Origin: Verrucomicrobiota bacterium
GTDB lineage: Bacteria > Verrucomicrobiota > Verrucomicrobiia > Palsa-1439
DNA length: 64,000 bases
Direction: 5' to 3'
NCBI GenBank assembly: GCA_016871575.1
Contig: VHCW01000004.1
Location: 10,938-74,937 of the forward strand
Shown: positions 19,859 through 30,275 of the stretch, one piece after another
How positions within the stretch are numbered: the first letter of the stretch is position 1
How the letters are laid out: the number at the start of each line of letters is the position of its first letter
Notes under the pieces: generated by a model
Seen by the model: the letters and a program-made list of their open reading frames with translations, nothing else
Database searches by the model: none
Told to the model about the DNA's origin: nothing
Translations under genes and position numbers: made by a program

Positions 19859-21613
19859 TTACACAAAATACGCCTTGAGGACGTATTGAAGGATCATGCG
19901 CTGCGTGTTGAAGAAGGAGCCGTTCAACGCGATGGCGTGCCGCATGACATCGAGGAAACGGTCGCGATCCCGATAAAACAGCGGCAGGACGACGTTCTCC
20001 AGTTTGTCGTACAACGAGGCGGCGTCGTGCGGGGTGCGGTCGCCCCCGGCGGGCGCGGTGGAGTCAATCGCCCAGCCGGTGACGCCCTCGATGCAACCTT
20101 CGATCCACCAGCCGTCGAGGATGCTGAGGCTGGGGACGCCGTTGAGGGCGGCTTTCATGCCGCTGGTGCCGCTGGCTTCCATCGGCGGCAGGGGCGTGTT
20201 CAACCAGACATCCACCCCTGCGGTCAACCGGCAGCCGAGGTCCCAGTCGTAATTGGGCAGGTAGGCGATCTTGATGTCGTGGCGCAGGGCATCGCGCGCG
20301 GCAACGATGTGCTTGATCAATTCCTTGCCATTCTGGTCTTGCGGGTGGGCTTTGCCGGCATAGACGATCTGGAGGCGGCCGGCTTTGGCAACAATGGCGC
20401 GGAGCCGGTCGAGGTTGTGGAACAGAAGGTCGGCCCGCTTGTAGGTGGCGGCCCGGCGGGCAAAGCCAATGGTGAAATCATGACGGTCGAAGCCGGCGTT
20501 GGTTTCGTGGTTGATCCACTCGACCAGATCGCGCTTGGCGGTTTCGTGGGCGGCCCAGACTTGCGCCGGCGGAATGCCAAGCGCGTAGCGCAAGCTGAAA
20601 CTGTCCTCGCGCCAGCCGGGAATGTGACGGTCGAACAACTCCTGAAACGGCCGCGACGTCCATGTCGGGACGTGCACGCCGTTGGTGATGGCGTCCACCC
20701 GATACTCGGCGAACATGTGCCGGCTGACCTCGGCGTGTTTCTTGGCGACGCCGTTGACGTAGTGGCTGAGGTTGAGCGCGAGGTAGGTCATGTTCAACAT
20801 CGTGTCGGTGCAGAACAACGCCTTCATGTCGTGGGCGCCGGGCGGCCGGTTGAGGACGTGGGCGGCGAAATTGACGCAGAACTGGTCCTGCATTTTGGCA
20901 AACACATCGGGCAATCCCAGGACGCGACGGACCATGTCCATCGGGAACTGGTCGTGGCCGGCCGGGACGGGCGTGTGGGTGGTGAAGATGCATTGTTTGC
21001 GGACGGCTTCGATGTCATCCGGTGTGATGACCGGGTGTTGCGCTTTGCGGGCTTCTTCGAGGAGCAACTCGACGGTCAGCAAGCTGGCATGGCCCTCGTT
21101 CATGTGGAACCGCTGGATCGAGTCGAGGCCGAGCGCGCGCAAGAGGCGGACGCCGCCGAGGCCGAGGATGGCCTCCTGGCAGAGGCGATAGTGGTTGTCG
21201 CCGCCGTAGAGGTAATGCGTCAAGGCGCGGTCCCATTCGGTGTTTTCCGGCAAATCCGTATCGAGCAGATAGACGGGAACGATGCCGCCACCGGCGCCGG
21301 TGACGTCGTACTGCCATGCGCGGACATGCACGGCGCGGCCTTCGATGTTGACAACGACGCGCTGGGGCTGTTCGGCAAGGAAATCCTCGACAACCCATTC
21401 CGCCGGTTCTTCCGTTTGCCAGCCGCTGGAGTCGAGGCGCTGATAGAAATAGCCCTTCCGATGCAGCAACGACACGGCCACCATGGGCACGTCGCGGTCG
21501 GCGGCGGCGCGGATGGTGTCGCCCGCAAGGATGCCGAGGCCGCCACTGTAGGTCGGGATGCCGGGTTCCAGCGCGATCTCCATCGAAAAATACGCAACCA
21601 GTGGTTTGCTCAT
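19859..21613 (-). CDS. glgP: alpha-glucan (glycogen) phosphorylase, GT35
   Basis: [45 protein letters not shown]. Confidence 0.95.
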   Translation of the reverse strand: MSKPLVAYFSMEIALEPGIPTYSGGLGILAGDTIRAAADRDVPMVAVSLLHRKGYFYQRLDSSGWQTEEPAEWVVEDFLAEQPQRVVVNIEGRAVHVRAWQYDVTGAGGGIVPVYLLDTDLPENTEWDRALTHYLYGGDNHYRLCQEAILGLGGVRLLRALGLDSIQRFHMNEGHASLLTVELLLEEARKAQHPVITPDDIEAVRKQCIFTTHTPVPAGHDQFPMDMVRRVLGLPDVFAKMQDQFCVNFAAHVLNRPPGAHDMKALFCTDTMLNMTYLALNLSHYVNGVAKKHAEVSRHMFAEYRVDAITNGVHVPTWTSRPFQELFDRHIPGWREDSFSLRYALGIPPAQVWAAHETAKRDLVEWINHETNAGFDRHDFTIGFARRAATYKRADLLFHNLDRLRAIVAKAGRLQIVYAGKAHPQDQNGKELIKHIVAARDALRHDIKIAYLPNYDWDLGCRLTAGVDVWLNTPLPPMEASGTSGMKAALNGVPSLSILDGWWIEGCIEGVTGWAIDSTAPAGGDRTPHDAASLYDKLENVVLPLFYRDRDRFLDVMRHAIALNGSFFNTQRMILQYVLKAYFV

Positions 21614-21620
21614 GGCCGCC

Positions 21621-21692
21621 ATGATGTGACGGCGGGCGTGGGAAGTCAACGATGGAGCCGCCGTTGACAAGGGGCTGGGGTGTTCGTAGTCT
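21621..21692. promoter_or_regulatory. back-to-back sigma70-type promoters for glgP (-) and the sensor kinase (+)
   Basis: Plus strand TTGACA(21664)-17-TAGTCT; minus strand TTGACT(21649)-17-CATCAT. Confidence 0.65.
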
Positions 21693-21702
21693 GGCGCCGG
21701 CC

Positions 21703-23259
21703 ATGGCACTTTCCAAACGCGAACAACGCCTGAAGTTTCTCGATTTCACCGAGCGCGACGCGGCGCTGCTGCAGGCGTTGCGCCCCATCGTGGAGCGGCA
21801 CGCCGAGTCGCTCGCGGACGGTTGGTGCGCGCTGCTGGAGTCGTTTCCGGAAACCGCCGAGATCCTGCGCGCCCGCACCAGCCGGGACCGGCTGACAGGG
21901 CTGTTCCGCCAGTATTTGTTGGAACTGACCGAAGGACAATTTGACGAGGAGTATTTCGGGCGGCGTCAACGCCTCGGCCACACGCACGAACGCATGGGGC
22001 TGTTGCCGCGCTGGTTCTTGCTCGGATATCCGACGCTCTTTCGCCGGATCGTGGCGTTGATCCGCCAGGAGGCCGGCGACTTGGGGGACGACACGATCGT
22101 GGCGTTGGAAAAAGTGTTCATGCTCGACGCCTCGCTGGCTGTGGACGCCTACATTGCGAGCGACCGCTATCGCCGGATGCAGGAGTTGGAGAGCATCATC
22201 AATGATTCCGCCGATGCCATCTTTACCGTGGACGCTGAGAAACGTCTCCGCTCCTGGAACCGCACTGCCGAGCAGGTCTTCGGCTGGACCGCCGGGGAAA
22301 TCATCGGCCAACCCGTCCAGCGCCTCGTTCCGCCGGACCTGCTCGCCGCCGGCGAACTCGAACAGATTGACCAGCGTGTTGTCAAGCACGGCCACCTCCA
22401 CATGGAAACCATCCGCCTCGCCAAGAACGGCCGGCGCGTGGCCGTCGAACTGAGCATCTCCGTGTTGCGCGACCCGCAAGGCGATTCCATCGGCCGCTGC
22501 GTCATCCTCCACGACATCACCGAGCGCAAACGCCTGGAAGAAGCCAAGCTCCAAGCCGAACGCCTCGCCGTCATCGGCGCGATGTCCGCCAAGCTCGCCC
22601 ACGAAATCCGCAACCCGCTCAGCTCGATCACGCTCAACCTCGCCCTTGTCGGCGACGAGGCCGCCGCCCTCGCCGAGGCCGAGCCGGCCGCCACCGCCGA
22701 GATGCGCACGTTGCTCAGCGCGATTGATTCCGAGGTGCGCCGCATCCAGCGCGTGACCGAGGACTATCTTCAATTCGCCCGGATGCCGAAACCGCGCCGC
22801 GACCGCGTGGCGCTCAACGACCTGTTGACGCAAGGGCTTTCGTTCCTCCAGGGTTCCTTCGACAACGCGCACATCACGGTCCAACATCGCCTCGACCCGC
22901 TGTTGCCGGCGGTGCACGGCGACGAGGCCCAGCTTTGGCAGGCCATTCTCAACCTCATCCGCAACGCCATGGAAGCCATGCCCGCCGGCGGCACGCTGAC
23001 GTTGACCACGGCGCGCAAGGAAAACAGCGTCTCCCTGGCCGTCAGCGACACCGGCAAGGGCATGAACGCCGACGAACAACAACAACTCTACAAACCCTTT
23101 TACAGCACCAAACCGAGCGGCACCGGCCTCGGCCTGCCGTTGACACAGCAAATCATCGCGGAGCACGGCGGACGAATCCATTGCGAGACGGTTCCCAATC
23201 GTGGTACTACTTTCCTCATCGAACTGCCCGTTGCCGACGCTCATGCCGCACAAAGCTGA
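21703..23259 (+). CDS. globin-coupled sensor histidine kinase (sensor globin-PAS-HisKA-HATPase)
   Basis: [10 protein letters not shown]...[20 protein letters not shown] globin with proximal His; PAS ([16 protein letters not shown]); [24 protein letters not shown]. Confidence 0.92.
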   Translation: MALSKREQRLKFLDFTERDAALLQALRPIVERHAESLADGWCALLESFPETAEILRARTSRDRLTGLFRQYLLELTEGQFDEEYFGRRQRLGHTHERMGLLPRWFLLGYPTLFRRIVALIRQEAGDLGDDTIVALEKVFMLDASLAVDAYIASDRYRRMQELESIINDSADAIFTVDAEKRLRSWNRTAEQVFGWTAGEIIGQPVQRLVPPDLLAAGELEQIDQRVVKHGHLHMETIRLAKNGRRVAVELSISVLRDPQGDSIGRCVILHDITERKRLEEAKLQAERLAVIGAMSAKLAHEIRNPLSSITLNLALVGDEAAALAEAEPAATAEMRTLLSAIDSEVRRIQRVTEDYLQFARMPKPRRDRVALNDLLTQGLSFLQGSFDNAHITVQHRLDPLLPAVHGDEAQLWQAILNLIRNAMEAMPAGGTLTLTTARKENSVSLAVSDTGKGMNADEQQQLYKPFYSTKPSGTGLGLPLTQQIIAEHGGRIHCETVPNRGTTFLIELPVADAHAAQS

Positions 23260-24589
23260 CATCCTGTTGGTGGACGACGAAGAAGCCCTCTGCGTCGCCG
23301 CCGAGAAAATCCTCCTCAAGGAAGGCTACCGCGTCACCTGTGTCCACACCGCCGCCGAGGGACTTGACCGCTTTCAGCGCGACGGCGCCGATCTCATCAT
23401 CACTGACCTCGCGTTGCCAGATCAGGACGGCCTCACCGTGTTGCGCCGGGCCAAACAACTGCGCGCCACCGTCGAGGTCATCGTCATCACCGGCCACGGC
23501 ACTGTCGAGAAAGCTGTCGAGGCCATGCGCTTGGGCGCTTATGATTTCATCGAAAAACCGCTCGACCGCGGCGCCCTGCTGAAAGCCGTCGCCAAGGCCG
23601 TCGAAAAACAGCGTCTCACCGCCGAAAATCTCCGGCTGCGCGATGCCCTCGAACAAATCCGCGGCGAAGAAGCCCTCATCGGCAACAGCGCGCCGATGCT
23701 GGCCGTGAAGAAACTCATCCGCCAGATCGCTCCCACCGATGTCAGCGTCCTCATCCAGGGTGAAAGCGGCACCGGCAAGGAAATCGTCGCCGACGCCATC
23801 CACCTGCTCAGTTCCCGTCGCGACAAGCCCATCATCAAAATCAGTTGCGCCGCCATCCCCGAGACACTGCTGGAAAGCGAACTGTTCGGTTACGAACGCG
23901 GCGCGTTCACCGGCGCGGCCAACACCAAGCCCGGCAAACTCGAAGTCGCCGACGGCGGCACCTTGTTTCTCGACGAGATCGCCGAGATGAGCACGCCGCT
24001 TCAGGCCAAACTGCTGCGTGTCCTTCAAGACGGCCGGTTCCAGCGCCTCGGCAGCACGCGCGACACTCAGATTGATGTCCGCATCATCAGCGCATCCAAC
24101 GTTGACATTCCTCATGCCATTGCCGGGAAGATGTTTCGCGAAGACCTCTACTACCGGCTCAACGTCGTCCACATCAGCCTGCCCCCGTTGCGGGAGCGGA
24201 CCGACGACATTCCGCTGTTGGCCAATCATTTCCTCCAGAAATACGCCGCTCGAATGCGGAAAGATGTCCGCGCCATTGCTCCCGCCGCGCTCGACCAACT
24301 CTTCGCCCACCCGTGGCCCGGCAACGTCCGCGAACTGGAGAACGCAATCCAACGCGCCATCGCTGTCACGACCGACGCCACGATCTCCAGTTTCATCTTG
24401 TGCGCGCCGCTGCCCGGTCTTCACGGCAACGGTTCGAGCATCACCGTGCCGGTTGGCACGACGCTGGAAAAAACCGAAGAGCGACTCATCGCCGAGACGC
24501 TCGCGCTGTGCGATGGCGACAAGGAGAAAGCCGCCAAGATGCTCGGCGTCTCCAGCCGCACCCTCTATCGCCGCTCTGCCAAGTCCTGA
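23243..24589 (+). CDS. NtrC-family sigma54-dependent response regulator
   Basis: REC (LVDD, TD, EKP), GESGTGKE, GAFTGA, LFLDEI, WPGNVREL, Fis-type HTH. Confidence 0.96.
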   Translation: MPHKADILLVDDEEALCVAAEKILLKEGYRVTCVHTAAEGLDRFQRDGADLIITDLALPDQDGLTVLRRAKQLRATVEVIVITGHGTVEKAVEAMRLGAYDFIEKPLDRGALLKAVAKAVEKQRLTAENLRLRDALEQIRGEEALIGNSAPMLAVKKLIRQIAPTDVSVLIQGESGTGKEIVADAIHLLSSRRDKPIIKISCAAIPETLLESELFGYERGAFTGAANTKPGKLEVADGGTLFLDEIAEMSTPLQAKLLRVLQDGRFQRLGSTRDTQIDVRIISASNVDIPHAIAGKMFREDLYYRLNVVHISLPPLRERTDDIPLLANHFLQKYAARMRKDVRAIAPAALDQLFAHPWPGNVRELENAIQRAIAVTTDATISSFILCAPLPGLHGNGSSITVPVGTTLEKTEERLIAETLALCDGDKEKAAKMLGVSSRTLYRRSAKS

Positions 24590-24644
24590 CGCGGTCCTCT
24601 CCTTTGACGGACACACGATCTTCCTCCCCTTGACTCATCACCGC

Positions 24645-24686
24645 TGTCCGATAACTTTGAGACGATCGTCTCAAGGTTATCGAACA
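24645..24686. repeat. 42-bp palindrome immediately downstream of the PaaX-like gene
   Basis: TGTCCGATAACTTTGAGACGA|TCGTCTCAAGGTTATCGAACA, two mismatches. Confidence 0.9.
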
Positions 24687-24687
24687 A

Positions 24688-25470
24688 CTATGTTCCCGCC
24701 AGTTCCACGAACCGCAGCGCCAGCAAACGGCGCAAGCGCAGATGCATTTGCCGGACATCTGCGCCCCGGTATCCTTTCGGCCAGAGCGAACGAGGCAACA
24801 ATGGGTCAAGCGAAAATGCCGATTGATAGACCCAGCGCTCACATCGGGCCAACGCCGCAAGACGCCCCAACTCACGAATGGCTGCCGCCGGATTACCAGT
24901 CAACGAAGGATGACGAAGATACTCCTCGTGCCGGTGCCCGATCCGTTTCCAGTCCCACGCACTGGCCACGACCTCTGCCGTGGTGCACAGGAACAATTCC
25001 CGCGCGGTAAATCCGCAGAAACACTCCGGCACGCCTTCCGCGTCCACGATTTCCTCCAGAATCGCCTCCAGCGAGTGCGGCCAAATCCAGACGCTGCGCT
25101 GCAACAGCCCCAATTTACGGGCGCGCAATGCGCGCCAGAGAATCTGGCGGTCCTTGCGCCGCACTTCCGGCAGATCGAACGTCACCACCCGCCACGCGCC
25201 ATCCCACGGCGTGTCCCACGAGGCTGTCGGATCATCCACTTGCGCCCGGCACACGCCTTCCGCCGTGATCCGGTAGGTCGCGTGCAGACCACTGCCGGTG
25301 CGCTGCAGAAGTTGGTGTCGCTCCAGTTCGTGGAACAGCGCGCGGCTTTCCCCGCGGTGCTCATACTCCTCATATCCTGCCAGCAGGTTGTTGAACGTGG
25401 GACGCGAGAGTTTGTCCATCGTCCAGAGGAACAGATCCAAGACCTCTGCGTAGTTCAAGCGATGTTTCAT
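24688..25470 (-). CDS. PaaX-family transcriptional regulator (wHTH + Cas2-like fold + PaaX C-terminus)
   Basis: YRITAEG, WDGAWRVVTFDLPE, LGLLQRSVWIWP, AWDW, DPLLPRSLWP; GAAGGGG RBS. Confidence 0.88.
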   Translation of the reverse strand: MKHRLNYAEVLDLFLWTMDKLSRPTFNNLLAGYEEYEHRGESRALFHELERHQLLQRTGSGLHATYRITAEGVCRAQVDDPTASWDTPWDGAWRVVTFDLPEVRRKDRQILWRALRARKLGLLQRSVWIWPHSLEAILEEIVDAEGVPECFCGFTARELFLCTTAEVVASAWDWKRIGHRHEEYLRHPSLTGNPAAAIRELGRLAALARCERWVYQSAFSLDPLLPRSLWPKGYRGADVRQMHLRLRRLLALRFVELAGT

Positions 25471-25512
25471 GTCCCCTTCGTATCGCGGCGCGCATTTCCA
25501 AGCAAGCACGAA

Positions 25513-25554
25513 GCGTCAACTATTTTGAGACGACCGTCTCAAAATAGTTGACGC
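25513..25554. promoter_or_regulatory. perfect 20-2-20 palindrome upstream of the PaaX-like gene (candidate operator or recombination site)
   Basis: GCGTCAACTATTTTGAGACG-AC-CGTCTCAAAATAGTTGACGC. Confidence 0.85.
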
Positions 25555-25606
25555 ACCTGATTGCGCCGTTGCTGAAATGACAAATAACTTCGGTGTCGTT
25601 GCCCGA

Positions 25607-26779
25607 CTACTTCTTCTTCGCCGGTTTATCCCAGCCGCGCGCCTTGACGATGCGATCCACGTCAGCCTTCGGCCCAAACTCGGCGGGAACAAAACCGAAC
25701 TTGACGAGATACTGGAAGTTGCGGAACGCAACCATCACTTCGTCCTTCCTGGCTGTGATCTGGTCGTCAGGCAGCTTTTTCAAACCTGCGGTGTATTGAG
25801 CGAGCAGTTGCTCGGCTTTGCGGCACGTCGGCTCGTCCTTCTCATAAACAAGCGATTCGGCAAGCCGCCATGCTTGCTCAACCGAACCGGCCGTCATTTT
25901 GGCGGCATCGTCGCGCACTTGGGCGGCGATTGTCTTGCGCATGGCCATCGTCTCCTCCACGCTGAGCGGACCGCGAATGCCTTTTTCCGGTTTGCGCGGC
26001 GGCAGCGGCTGATACCAGATGTTGCGGAACCGGACCGGGTTGCCGTGATCCTGCAACCGCAGCGGCGCGCTCTCCGGCAACGGACCGGGTTTCGAGCGCC
26101 CACGATGTCCCGTGGGACCTTCGAGTTGCGTCTTGTTCTGCACCAACACGCCGTTGCAATACACCGTGACGTAGCCGGGATCCACGCACTTGTCGCCCTG
26201 GTAAATCGGCCGGCGGAACGTGATGTCAATCTGCTGGAACTCGCCCGGCGGACGCAGCGCGTTGGCCAGCGGCGGCGCGACGCCATACATCGAACAGGCG
26301 CCGCCATCGGCGTAGGTCGGGTTGTTGTAGCTGTCGAGCACCTGGATTTCGACGCCGCACAGGAAAATGCCGCTGTTACCGCGTCCTTGGCCTTCGCCGA
26401 CTATTTCTGTCGGCGCAGCCCATTCGACATGGAGCCGGCAATCGCCCAGTTTCTCCTTCGTGCGGATGTAACCCGACTTCGGCACGCATTCCATCGCGCC
26501 GTCGCGCACAATCCACTTCGTCGGGGTGCCGTCCTTGTCCGATTCCCATTTTCCGAGCGACTCGGCTGTGCCATCGAACAACACAATCGCTCCGCGTGGC
26601 GGCGGCGCCGGCTTGAACGGCTTCGGCTCGACGCGCGGCGGCAACGGGCGGTTCCGGTCGTGGACGCACCACGGGTGGCGGTCATCAGGCGGGTCGCCAT
26701 AGAACGCCAAGCCGGCTGGCGCAGCGTAACCGGTGGCCGTGGCAATCAACAGGGAGGCAAAGATGAATTGAGCTTTCAT
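25607..26779 (-). CDS. DUF1080 (3-keto-disaccharide hydrolase) domain protein with helical C-terminal extension
   Basis: Signal peptide; LFDG, LHVEW, GNSG, EIQVLD, LQDHG.PVRFRNIW. Confidence 0.9.
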   Translation of the reverse strand: MKAQFIFASLLIATATGYAAPAGLAFYGDPPDDRHPWCVHDRNRPLPPRVEPKPFKPAPPPRGAIVLFDGTAESLGKWESDKDGTPTKWIVRDGAMECVPKSGYIRTKEKLGDCRLHVEWAAPTEIVGEGQGRGNSGIFLCGVEIQVLDSYNNPTYADGGACSMYGVAPPLANALRPPGEFQQIDITFRRPIYQGDKCVDPGYVTVYCNGVLVQNKTQLEGPTGHRGRSKPGPLPESAPLRLQDHGNPVRFRNIWYQPLPPRKPEKGIRGPLSVEETMAMRKTIAAQVRDDAAKMTAGSVEQAWRLAESLVYEKDEPTCRKAEQLLAQYTAGLKKLPDDQITARKDEVMVAFRNFQYLVKFGFVPAEFGPKADVDRIVKARGWDKPAKKK

Positions 26780-26842
26780 GGGGATATTCCTACCGTGTCG
26801 CCTGCCTTGTGGCAAGGACAGACATTGCCTATAGTGTCGGCC

Positions 26843-27787
26843 ATGAAAGTCCTTTTCATTGGCGGCACCGGAAACATCTCAACCGACTGCGCGGCGCGCC
26901 TTCACCAGCGCGGCTATGAGGTTGTACTGCTCACCCGCGGTCGGTCGCCGGTCCCGGGAACATTCCGGTCGGTGAAGGCCGACCGCAAAGACGTCGCGGC
27001 GATGAAAGCGCTCGCCCCGGATGTCGTCATCAACTTCCTCGGCTACGAACCGTCCGACCTCGCCGTGGATTACGAGGCTTTTGCCGGAAGAATCCAGCAG
27101 TACATCTTCATCAGTACCACCGCCGCCTACACAAAACCGGCGACCAAGCTGCCCATCAGTGAAAACGAACCGCTGGCCAATGCCTACTGGGATTACGCGC
27201 AAAAAAAACAAGCCTGCGAAGAATGGCTGTGGGCGCGCCCGGGGTTTCCGACGACCATTGTCCGCCCGTCGCACACTTACGGGCCGCATTGGTTCCCGAA
27301 CATCATTGCCAGCGCCAGCTACACGCTTGCCGCCCGTCTGCTCGCCGGCAAACCGCTCTTCCTGTGGGAGCACGACAACCTTTGGACACTGACGGCGACG
27401 AGCGATTTTGCGGTCGGACTCGCCGGGCTGGTCGGTAACGAGCGCGCCATCGGCGAAGCGTTTCACATCACCAGCGACGAGACGCAGACGTGGCCGCAGA
27501 TTTACGGGGCGACCGCCGCCGCGCTCGGCGCGCCGGCGCCGAACATCGTGCGGATTCCGCTCGATTGGCTCTGCGAGAAGTTCCCGCAATTGACCGGACC
27601 GTTCAAGGGCGACAAGGCCAACGACGCCGTGTTCGACAACTCGAAGATCAAGCGGTTCGTGCCGGAGTTTGTCTGTCGGAAGCCGTTCCGTGTCGGCATC
27701 CGCGAATCGGCCGCGCACACCGGAGCGGTCAACGCAGAGTTCGATGCGCTGTACGACGCGGTCGTCGCAGCGTGGAGGTCGCGATGA
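26843..27787 (+). CDS. NAD-dependent epimerase/dehydratase (extended SDR)
   Basis: IGGTGNIS, YIFIST, YAQKK, VRPSHTY. Confidence 0.92.
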   Translation: MKVLFIGGTGNISTDCAARLHQRGYEVVLLTRGRSPVPGTFRSVKADRKDVAAMKALAPDVVINFLGYEPSDLAVDYEAFAGRIQQYIFISTTAAYTKPATKLPISENEPLANAYWDYAQKKQACEEWLWARPGFPTTIVRPSHTYGPHWFPNIIASASYTLAARLLAGKPLFLWEHDNLWTLTATSDFAVGLAGLVGNERAIGEAFHITSDETQTWPQIYGATAAALGAPAPNIVRIPLDWLCEKFPQLTGPFKGDKANDAVFDNSKIKRFVPEFVCRKPFRVGIRESAAHTGAVNAEFDALYDAVVAAWRSR

Positions 27788-28812
27788 ACATCAAGGGACT
27801 CTACCGCGACGAGCTGATCAAGCTGATCACGCCGGTGTATCGGGCCGATCAGATTCTCCAGTGGGTGTACGAGAAACAGGCGGAGTCGTTCGACGCGATG
27901 ACGAATCTGCCGGCGCCGTTGCGGGCGAAGCTGGCCGAGGAGTTTGCGTTGAACGCGCTGAAAGAGGTGAAGACACGGCACGCGACGGACACGACGGAGA
28001 AATTCCTTTTCAAGCTTCACGACGGGTCGTTGATCGAGACGGTGCTGATCCCGGCAACGCCGGGACTGACAAGCACCGACGACCGGCAGACCGTGTGTGT
28101 TTCGACGCAGGCCGGGTGCGCGTTCGGGTGCAAGTTCTGCGCGAGCGGCCTGGACGGGTTCAAGCGGAACCTGAGCGCCGCCGAGATCGTGGACCAGGTC
28201 TGGCAGGTCCAGAAGCTGATGAAACAGAAAGTGAACAACATCGTCGTGATGGGGATGGGCGAGCCATTTGCGAATTACGAAAATGTGCTGCGGGCGTTGC
28301 GGATTCTCAATGCGCCGTGGGCGTTTGGCATCGGCGCGCGGAAGATGACAGTCTCGACCGTCGGCATCGTGACGGGGATTCGACGGCTGGCGGAGGAGCC
28401 GATGCAGATACGGCTGGCGGTGTCGTTGCACGGCGCGACCGACGAGGTGCGCGGCAAGATCATGCCGATCAACCGGAAGTTTCCGCTGAAGGAATTGATG
28501 GCGGCCTGCGAGTACTACGCGCAGGTCAAGGGCAAGATGCTCACCTTCGAGTATATCCTCATCGAGAATGTGAACGACATGATCGAGCAGGCCCACAAGC
28601 TCGCCGGCATGGCCCGTCGCGTCCACGCAAAGGTGAACCTGATCCCGTACAACCCGGTCGAGGGCCTGCCGTGGCAGCGTCCCGACCGCGACCGCTGCAA
28701 AGTCTTCCAACACGTCCTCCGCCAAGCCGGCATCTCGGCGACGTTGCGCATCGAAAAAGGCACCGACATTGCGGCGGCGTGCGGCCAGTTGCGATTGCAG
28801 CACGAGCGATGA
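27784..28812 (+). CDS. rlmN: 23S rRNA m2A2503 radical-SAM methyltransferase
   Basis: CVSTQAGCAFGCKFCASG, MGMGEP, AVSLHG, IAAACGQL. Confidence 0.96.
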   Translation: MNIKGLYRDELIKLITPVYRADQILQWVYEKQAESFDAMTNLPAPLRAKLAEEFALNALKEVKTRHATDTTEKFLFKLHDGSLIETVLIPATPGLTSTDDRQTVCVSTQAGCAFGCKFCASGLDGFKRNLSAAEIVDQVWQVQKLMKQKVNNIVVMGMGEPFANYENVLRALRILNAPWAFGIGARKMTVSTVGIVTGIRRLAEEPMQIRLAVSLHGATDEVRGKIMPINRKFPLKELMAACEYYAQVKGKMLTFEYILIENVNDMIEQAHKLAGMARRVHAKVNLIPYNPVEGLPWQRPDRDRCKVFQHVLRQAGISATLRIEKGTDIAAACGQLRLQHER

Positions 28813-29777
28813 ACCTGTTCTCGATTTTGTTGGCGGCCGCCCAGATTCTTCCGCCGGCGCAGCCGAAGACCGGGCCGGGCGGTGCGGAGTATTCGCACCA
28901 AGCGGTCGTCAGCAAATCCTACGGCAAGGGCGGCAAGGCGTATTGGCTGTTCGAGCCGTCCAACCCTGCGCCGACTTCAGCGCCGGTGATCGTCTTCAAT
29001 CACGGTTGGATTCTGATGGAGCCGCGTCACTACGATGCGTGGATCGAACACCTCGTGAAGCGCGGCAACATCGTCATCTTCCCGCGCTACCAGAACAGCG
29101 CGTTCACGTCGCCCACGAAGTTCGCGCCCAACGCCGCTGCGGCGATCAAGGACGCCATCCAGCGACTCGGTCGGGTTCAGCCTGATCTGAGCCGGGTTGC
29201 GATGGTCGGCCATTCGATGGGCGGCATCATCTCGGCGAATCTCGCGGCGCTTTGGCGGGACGTGGGCTTGCCGCAACCCAAGGCCGTGATGTGCGCCGAG
29301 CCGGGCGGCACGCGCGGCCCCGGTCAATGGATGGGAGCAAAACTCGAAGATCTCAGTCGCATTGCGCCGGAGACGTTGTTGTTGTGTGTGGCCGGCGACC
29401 GCGATTCGATGGTCGGCAGCGCGGAAGCCAAACGCATTTTCAAGGAAACCACGCAGGTGCCGGCCACCAACAAGAGCTTCGTGGTCTTGCAAAGCGACGA
29501 CCACGGGAAACCCGCGCTGGTGGCCGATCATTTTGCCGTGTGCGCGCCTTCACCGGTGAAACGCGGGGAACGAGTGAGCTTCTTCGTCAAGCTGGCGCGC
29601 GCGCCCGACGCGCTGGATTTTTACGGGACGTGGAAACTGTTCGACGCGCTGTGCGATGCCGCCTTTTACGGCAGGAACCGGCAGTTTGCGCTCGGCAACA
29701 CGCCGGAACAACGGTTCATGGGCACATGGAGTGACGGCGCGCCGGTAAAGGAATTGAAGGTCGTCGTTGCTCCCTGA
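28809..29777 (+). CDS. secreted alpha/beta hydrolase
   Basis: FNHGW, GHSMGG nucleophile elbow, Asp (GDRD), His (ADH). Confidence 0.88.
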   Translation: MNLFSILLAAAQILPPAQPKTGPGGAEYSHQAVVSKSYGKGGKAYWLFEPSNPAPTSAPVIVFNHGWILMEPRHYDAWIEHLVKRGNIVIFPRYQNSAFTSPTKFAPNAAAAIKDAIQRLGRVQPDLSRVAMVGHSMGGIISANLAALWRDVGLPQPKAVMCAEPGGTRGPGQWMGAKLEDLSRIAPETLLLCVAGDRDSMVGSAEAKRIFKETTQVPATNKSFVVLQSDDHGKPALVADHFAVCAPSPVKRGERVSFFVKLARAPDALDFYGTWKLFDALCDAAFYGRNRQFALGNTPEQRFMGTWSDGAPVKELKVVVAP

Positions 29778-29828
29778 CTGTAACCTTTTGGCAGGAAGTT
29801 TCGTCTGTTGGGATGAAAGGAACAATTC

Positions 29829-30263
29829 ATGAAGAACACGATGAGAATTCTAATCGGGGCGGGATTGATCGCGGCGCAGGCGATGGCCGCGGATGCGCCG
29901 ACATTTCCGGTGACGGAACAGTTCGTCACGGACAAACTCGGTGCAGTCACCGAGCTTTCGGAGGCGCAACGCGACAAGGCCAGCGCGCTGATTCGAGGGC
30001 AGTTGCCGGCCTTGAAAAAGGCGCTGACACGGTTCGCGGAGGCGCAGACTGCGGTGAAAGAGTTGATGGCTGACACGGACGTGAGCGAGCAGGCCATCCG
30101 CTCCGAGTGCGCGAAGCTCACCGACGTGTTGGTGGACCTCGCCAAGCAACGCGCCAAGATGGCGCAGAACCTCAAGAGCGTGTTGACTCCCGACCAACCC
30201 GAGGGCGCCAGACATCTTGGCAAGTTCGTGGATGACATTGTCAAGGCTCTCGGGAAGGAGTAG
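29829..30263 (+). CDS. Spy/CpxP-like periplasmic protein
   Basis: Signal peptide; LSEAQ and VLTPDQ LTxxQ-type motifs. Confidence 0.8.
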   Translation: MKNTMRILIGAGLIAAQAMAADAPTFPVTEQFVTDKLGAVTELSEAQRDKASALIRGQLPALKKALTRFAEAQTAVKELMADTDVSEQAIRSECAKLTDVLVDLAKQRAKMAQNLKSVLTPDQPEGARHLGKFVDDIVKALGKE

Positions 30264-30275
30264 AAGCAGTGCGCA

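Noticed and set aside
24688-25470. cas2 / CRISPR locus suggested by the Cas2-like segment
   Set aside because: Full PaaX architecture; no other cas genes and no repeat-spacer array in the window
25577-26842. long N-terminal extension of the epimerase ORF (likewise 27669-28808 for the hydrolase)
   Set aside because: Overlaps the DUF1080 gene or rlmN; true starts at 26843 and 28809 have promoter or coupling support
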